Assembly (NCBI GenBank): GCA_040752275.1
Contig: JBFMFH010000002.1
Location: 5,958-69,957 of the forward strand
From: Acidobacteriota bacterium
GTDB lineage: Bacteria > Acidobacteriota > Vicinamibacteria > Vicinamibacterales > JAKQTR01
Length of the DNA: 64,000 nucleotides
Direction of reading: 5' to 3'
Every line of letters begins with the position of its first letter. Within the stretch, counting starts at the first letter, position 1. This document shows, one piece after another, positions 60,142-64,000 of the stretch. The notes under the pieces were generated by a model. That model was not told where the DNA came from. It did no database searches and was given only the letters and a program-made list of their open reading frames with translations. A program made the translations under genes and the position numbers.

Positions 60142-61206
60142 TCAGGTCCTCAGACGCGAGTAGTCCGTCACGGCCGACTTGTCGCCCAGCACGACGGGGC
60201 CGTCGAGCACGGCGCTCCGCCCGACATGACAGTGGCGGCCCAGGATGGCATGCCGCACCTTCGCATCGCGGGCGACATGCCCGTTCGGCCAGATGATCGA
60301 GGCCTCCACCTCGGCTCCGTTCTCGATGGTGCAGTGGCGGCCAACCACGGTGTACGGCCCGATGCGCGATCCGGCCTTGACGACCGCATCCTCGTCGACG
60401 AACGCGGGGCCGACGACCTCGGCACCGTCCTCCACCCGGGCCCCGGGGGCAGTCCAGACCAGGTCGCGGGGTTGGCCCTGGAAGGGCGGCGCCACGAACC
60501 GCTGGTCCATGATGTCGCGGTGAACCTGCATGTACTTGTCGGGTGTGCCGATGTCGATCCAGTACCCGCGGTAGACGTAGGCCACGAACGTCTCGCCGCG
60601 CTCGACCAAGGAGGGGAAGAAACTGCGCTCGACCGACCAGGCGGTGTCCTTCGGGATGCGGTCGAAGGTCTCGGGCTCGAGCACGTAGATCCCGGCGTTG
60701 ATCGTGTCGCAGGTGATCTCCTCGGGCTTGGGCTTCTCGAGAAAGCGCTGGACGTTGCCCTCCGGATCGGTCTCGACAAGCCCGTACGCCGTCGGGTTCT
60801 CGACCGGCGTCAGCACGATGGTGGCCTTGGCCCGGCGCTCGCGGTGCAGGCGGATCACCTCCGCGAGCGGAACCTGGGTCATCACATCGCCGTTGAACAC
60901 CACGATGGTGCCGTCGTACGCACCGGTCGCGAACTTGATGGCGCCGCCGGTGCCGAGCGGATTGGGCTCGACGACGTAGCTGATCCTGACGCCGAGGCCG
61001 GACCCATCGCCGAAGACTTCGCTGATGCGGCGTGGCTGATAGTTCAGACTGAGCACGACTTCATCGATCTCGGGTACCTGGCGCACGAGGTCGATCTGGT
61101 AGTGCAAGAACGCCCGGCCGAAGATGGGGACGATGGGTTTGGGGGTGTGGAGGGTGAGTGGTCGCAGCCGCGTGCCCTTGCCCCCGGCAAGAAGGATCGT
61201 CTTCAT
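60142..61206 (-). CDS. sugar-phosphate nucleotidyltransferase (mannose-1-phosphate guanylyltransferase-like) with a C-terminal LbH domain
   Basis: LAGGKGTRLRPLTLHTPKPIVP, with C-terminal hexapeptide repeats. Confidence 0.85.
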   Translation of the reverse strand: MKTILLAGGKGTRLRPLTLHTPKPIVPIFGRAFLHYQIDLVRQVPEIDEVVLSLNYQPRRISEVFGDGSGLGVRISYVVEPNPLGTGGAIKFATGAYDGTIVVFNGDVMTQVPLAEVIRLHRERRAKATIVLTPVENPTAYGLVETDPEGNVQRFLEKPKPEEITCDTINAGIYVLEPETFDRIPKDTAWSVERSFFPSLVERGETFVAYVYRGYWIDIGTPDKYMQVHRDIMDQRFVAPPFQGQPRDLVWTAPGARVEDGAEVVGPAFVDEDAVVKAGSRIGPYTVVGRHCTIENGAEVEASIIWPNGHVARDAKVRHAILGRHCHVGRSAVLDGPVVLGDKSAVTDYSRLRT

Positions 61207-61282
61207 GACAACCCTCCTATTCTAGCCGATTCCCCGGTGATGGCCGCCGGCGAGAGGGTTCAACTGGCCTCGGCGGTCGGGA

Positions 61283-61288
61283 TAGAAT
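61283..61288 (+). promoter_or_regulatory. -10-like GGATAGAAT upstream of pgsA
   Basis: TAGAAT lies 33 nt before ATG 61322. Confidence 0.3.
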
Positions 61289-61321
61289 ACCCCCCTCCGT
61301 CCGGAGCCGTGGCCCGAGCGC

Positions 61322-61879
61322 ATGAACCTGCCCAACAGCCTTACGCTCGTCAGGATCTTCCTGGTCCCGCTGCTGGTCGTCGTGTTGTTGACCAAGCCGG
61401 AAGGCCGCATTGTCCCCATCGTCGTCAACCAGGTGCTGGCGGCGGCCATCTTCGGCGTGGCGGCGATGACCGACTGGCTCGACGGGTACCTCGCCCGCCG
61501 GCGGCAGCAGGTGACGGTTATCGGACAGATCCTCGACCCGATTGCCGACAAACTGCTGACGACAGCCGCCTTCATTTCCCTCGTGCAGGTCGACATGGTC
61601 CCCGCCTGGATGGTGGCGGTCATCATCGGCCGTGAGTTTGCGGTAACGGCCTTGCGCAGCCTGGCCTACACTCGCGGGGCCGTGATCCCCTCGTCGCCGC
61701 TGGGCAAGCTCAAGATGGCCAGTCAGGTCGTGGCCATCCTGCTCCTCATCCTCGGACACGCGGGCATCTGGCTGTTCGTGCTGCTGGGGCGGGTGGCGAT
61801 GTGGGTGGTCGTCGTCACCGCGGTGGCCTCAGGGGTGGACTACTTCCGGCGCTACGGCCAGTCGGCGCCGGAAGGCTGA
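61322..61879 (+). CDS. pgsA: CDP-diacylglycerol--glycerol-3-phosphate 3-phosphatidyltransferase
   Basis: CDP-alcohol phosphatidyltransferase motif DWLDGYLARRRQQVTVIGQILDPIADK. Confidence 0.9.
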   Translation: MNLPNSLTLVRIFLVPLLVVVLLTKPEGRIVPIVVNQVLAAAIFGVAAMTDWLDGYLARRRQQVTVIGQILDPIADKLLTTAAFISLVQVDMVPAWMVAVIIGREFAVTALRSLAYTRGAVIPSSPLGKLKMASQVVAILLLILGHAGIWLFVLLGRVAMWVVVVTAVASGVDYFRRYGQSAPEG

Positions 61880-62727
61880 AGACCGAGAGCGTCGGCTCCG
61901 GAGGCCGAGGGCTCAACCCTGTCCTTCTTGCTCTCCCCCATCGCCGCCTTGATCGCCGCGATCTGTTTCTTGGCGTCTTCCAGATGCTCGCTCTCGGCGA
62001 ACTCCTTCACCAAGCGGTCGTAGTACGCCAGGGCCTCGGCCGGGATGCCCACCTTCATCAGGGACTCCGCCAGGTAGAAGTAGACCGCGTCCCGCCGCGA
62101 GTACTCCGGGTCGCGTGACAAAACTTCCTTGAAGCGGTCGATCGCCCCCGGGTACCACTTCGCCCGGTAGTAGAAGTACCCGACGCGGTAATCGGACTCG
62201 CTCAGCCTGTCCTTCGCTTCCCGCAGCTTCTGTGCGACCTCTTCACGGAGCGCGCTGTTCGGGTAGCGCTCCATGAAGATCGTCCACTCCGCGATGGCTT
62301 CCTTGGTCTCGGTCTGGTCCCGGTCGGCCCCGAGCATCTGCTTGTAGTGGGTGAAGCCAAGACGGTACTGCGCATAGTCCGCCCGCGCGTGCGTCGGGTA
62401 GAAGGTCAGGAACTCCCTGAACTGGTTCTGCGCCACGAGGAGCGATTCGATGGAGCCCTCGCCGATGTAGCTGTCGCCGAGGCCAATCTTTGCGTCCGGA
62501 CGATGGGCGCTTTGCGGGTAGTTGTCCAGCAACTCCTCGAAGTACTGCCTGGCCTGGGTCCATTTCCGGTTCTCGAGCAGCTCGATCCCGCGTTCGTAGA
62601 GAAACCGGTCCGCCTCGAGGATGCCGGTCGGCACCACGTCCTTCTTGCCCGCGCAGCCGCTCGCCACGGCGGCGAGCACGATCAGCGCTGCCGATGCCGA
62701 ACGAAGTGTGCGCCTGTCGTCAGCCAT
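61852..62727 (-). CDS. bamD: outer membrane protein assembly factor BamD-like TPR lipoprotein
   Basis: Lipobox VASGCAG after MADDRRTLRSASAALIVLAA (ATG 62727, AGGAAAG upstream). TPR-like repeats with the WTQARQYFEELLDNYPQS pattern. Confidence 0.75.
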   Translation of the reverse strand: MADDRRTLRSASAALIVLAAVASGCAGKKDVVPTGILEADRFLYERGIELLENRKWTQARQYFEELLDNYPQSAHRPDAKIGLGDSYIGEGSIESLLVAQNQFREFLTFYPTHARADYAQYRLGFTHYKQMLGADRDQTETKEAIAEWTIFMERYPNSALREEVAQKLREAKDRLSESDYRVGYFYYRAKWYPGAIDRFKEVLSRDPEYSRRDAVYFYLAESLMKVGIPAEALAYYDRLVKEFAESEHLEDAKKQIAAIKAAMGESKKDRVEPSASGADALGLQPSGADWP

Positions 62728-62750
62728 ACGTTCTTTCCTGCTGCACCTAG

Positions 62751-63701
62751 TCACGCGAGGAGCTCCGGACGGGACACCAGCCACGCGTACTCGGCCTCGA
62801 GGCCCTTGTCCAGCGCGACCGACGGAACGAATCCGAGGTCGGCGCGGGCCTGTGTCGTGTCGGCGAAGGTGTCGCGCATGTCGCCCTTCTGTGGCGGCTC
62901 GCGACGAAGGTCCAGCTCCCGGCCGGCCAGGCCGGCCACCTTGTCGAGCACGCGATTGACCGAGACGCGGGAACCTCCACCGATATTGTATACGGCCCCT
63001 GGAACGCCCCGGCTGCCGGCCACGATGGTGGCCGAGACGGCGTCTTCGACGAAGGTGAAGTCCCGCGTCTGCTCTCCATCACCGTACACGACGATCGGCT
63101 CGGCGCGCAGCGCCGCCCTGAAGAAGCGGTGAAACCCCATGTCCGGCCGCTGGCGCGGACCATAGACGGTGAAGTACCGGAGCGACACGGTCGGCACGCC
63201 GAAGTTGACGTGGTAGAGATAGGCGAGCTGCTCGGCGGCCAGCTTGGTGACACCGTACGGCGACACCGGCCGGGGCACGGCGTCTTCGCGCATCGGGATC
63301 GGCACGAGGTCCCCGTAGACGGACGAACTCGAGGCATAGACGAACCGCTCGAGCGGCCGGGCAGCGCTGGCCTCGAGGAGCACCTGCGTCGCCTCGACGT
63401 TGTTCACGGTGTAGACTTCGAAGTCCCGACCCCAGCTCTTGCGGACTCCCGCCTGCGCCGCGAGGTGGAAGACGTGGCTGATGCCGTCGAGGAGCCGGCC
63501 GAGATCGGCCGCCTGGATGCTGGATTCGATGAAGGTGAAGGCGGGATGCTCCCGGAGATTCCGCAGGTTGTGCTCCTTGATCGACCGGGAGTAGTAGTCC
63601 GTGAAACAGTCTATCCCGGTGACCGTTGCCCCGTGGTCGAGCAGCCGCTCGGCCAGCGTCGACCCGATGAATCCGGCCACCCCAGTGACGAGTGCGTTCA
63701 T
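62751..63701 (-). CDS. NAD-dependent epimerase/dehydratase (SDR family)
   Basis: Rossmann motif VTGVAGFIGS and catalytic YGVTK. Confidence 0.85.
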   Translation of the reverse strand: MNALVTGVAGFIGSTLAERLLDHGATVTGIDCFTDYYSRSIKEHNLRNLREHPAFTFIESSIQAADLGRLLDGISHVFHLAAQAGVRKSWGRDFEVYTVNNVEATQVLLEASAARPLERFVYASSSSVYGDLVPIPMREDAVPRPVSPYGVTKLAAEQLAYLYHVNFGVPTVSLRYFTVYGPRQRPDMGFHRFFRAALRAEPIVVYGDGEQTRDFTFVEDAVSATIVAGSRGVPGAVYNIGGGSRVSVNRVLDKVAGLAGRELDLRREPPQKGDMRDTFADTTQARADLGFVPSVALDKGLEAEYAWLVSRPELLA

Positions 63702-64000
63702 GCAAACAGTGTCCTCACCCGCTCGGGCAGGCGTCGCAATCGGCCGGTCGCGTCCATGGCGGCGTGGATCGTGTGGCCGACGGCGGCCACGACGCCGTCC
63801 GCCTGGCGGACCACCTCGTAGTCGAACTTCACCCGGACGGGGCTCATCAGTGTGCCCCTTGTCCGAATGAGCATCACATCATCGTAGCGCGAAGGCTGCC
63901 GGTACTCACAGTGAGCCTCGATGACCGGGAGCAAGGTGCCGTCCTCTTCCATCTCCCGGTACGACCAGCCGAGCGAACGGAGCCACTCGCAGCGGCCCAC
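63698..64000 (-). CDS. acyl-CoA thioesterase (4HBT/YbgC hotdog family), N-terminus outside the window
   Basis: The hotdog-fold pattern ...LPVIEAHCEYRQPSRYDDVMLIRT...KFDYEV is open to the window edge. Its stop overlaps (ATGA) the epimerase start. Confidence 0.65.
   Translation of the reverse strand: MGRCEWLRSLGWSYREMEEDGTLLPVIEAHCEYRQPSRYDDVMLIRTRGTLMSPVRVKFDYEVVRQADGVVAAVGHTIHAAMDATGRLRRLPERVRTLFA

Noticed and set aside
61852-61879. 28-bp convergent 3' overlap of pgsA and the BamD-like gene.
   Set aside because: This is probably real but unremarkable. It depends on a poorly conserved low-complexity C-terminal tail of the BamD-like ORF, and I see no functional implication.

Overview
High-G+C bacterial chromosome segment. 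Two proteins carry an N-terminal motif I recall as the 'VWFA-related Acidobacterial domain', which hints at Acidobacteriota; this is inference only. About 85% of the window is densely packed housekeeping DNA. It includes a three-subunit xanthine-dehydrogenase-family molybdoenzyme, sucCD, korAB, ndk, hisS-aspS, a phoH-ybeY-corC-era-recO-glyQS-ppdK-corA-mutL string, rarA, greA, uvrB, upp, hpt, and envelope and sugar-nucleotide genes. Many long ORFs in the six-frame track are antisense shadows of these genes and were rejected.

Two accessory patches stand out. (1) A ~5.3 kb island is bracketed by a perfect 47-bp direct repeat of the 3' half of tRNA-Val(CAC) (45628-45674 and 50914-50960). It has no integrase and contains several nonsense- or frameshift-inactivated genes. 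Next to the intact tRNA sits a visibly A/T-richer three-gene minus-strand operon (48496-50697): a 2-TM coiled-coil protein, an unassigned 234-aa protein, and a protein with a C-terminal Rx4H (HEPN-like) motif. (2) A ~3.7 kb patch lies between hpt and tRNA-Gly(CCC) (about 54800-58548). It holds a two-gene toxin-antitoxin-like module, a HicB/HicA-like pair fused to a second integrase 3' remnant, and a decayed tyrosine integrase. It also holds an unusual protein that joins a dCTP-deaminase/dUTPase-fold domain to a coiled coil and two C-terminal TM helices (57224-58213).

The three-gene operon and the membrane-anchored Dcd-like protein are my best candidates for an undescribed defence or abortive-infection system. 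Other observations:
- degenerate CAGGNGT heptamer tandem repeats at convergent gene ends
- several probable leaderless promoters (TAnAAT 6-9 nt from the start codon)
- a patatin-like membrane protein lacking the nucleophile serine
- a 14-codon uORF coupled to the DHH gene

No rRNA, CRISPR array or intact transposase was seen. All homology statements come from reading motifs by eye and from memory; no searches were run.
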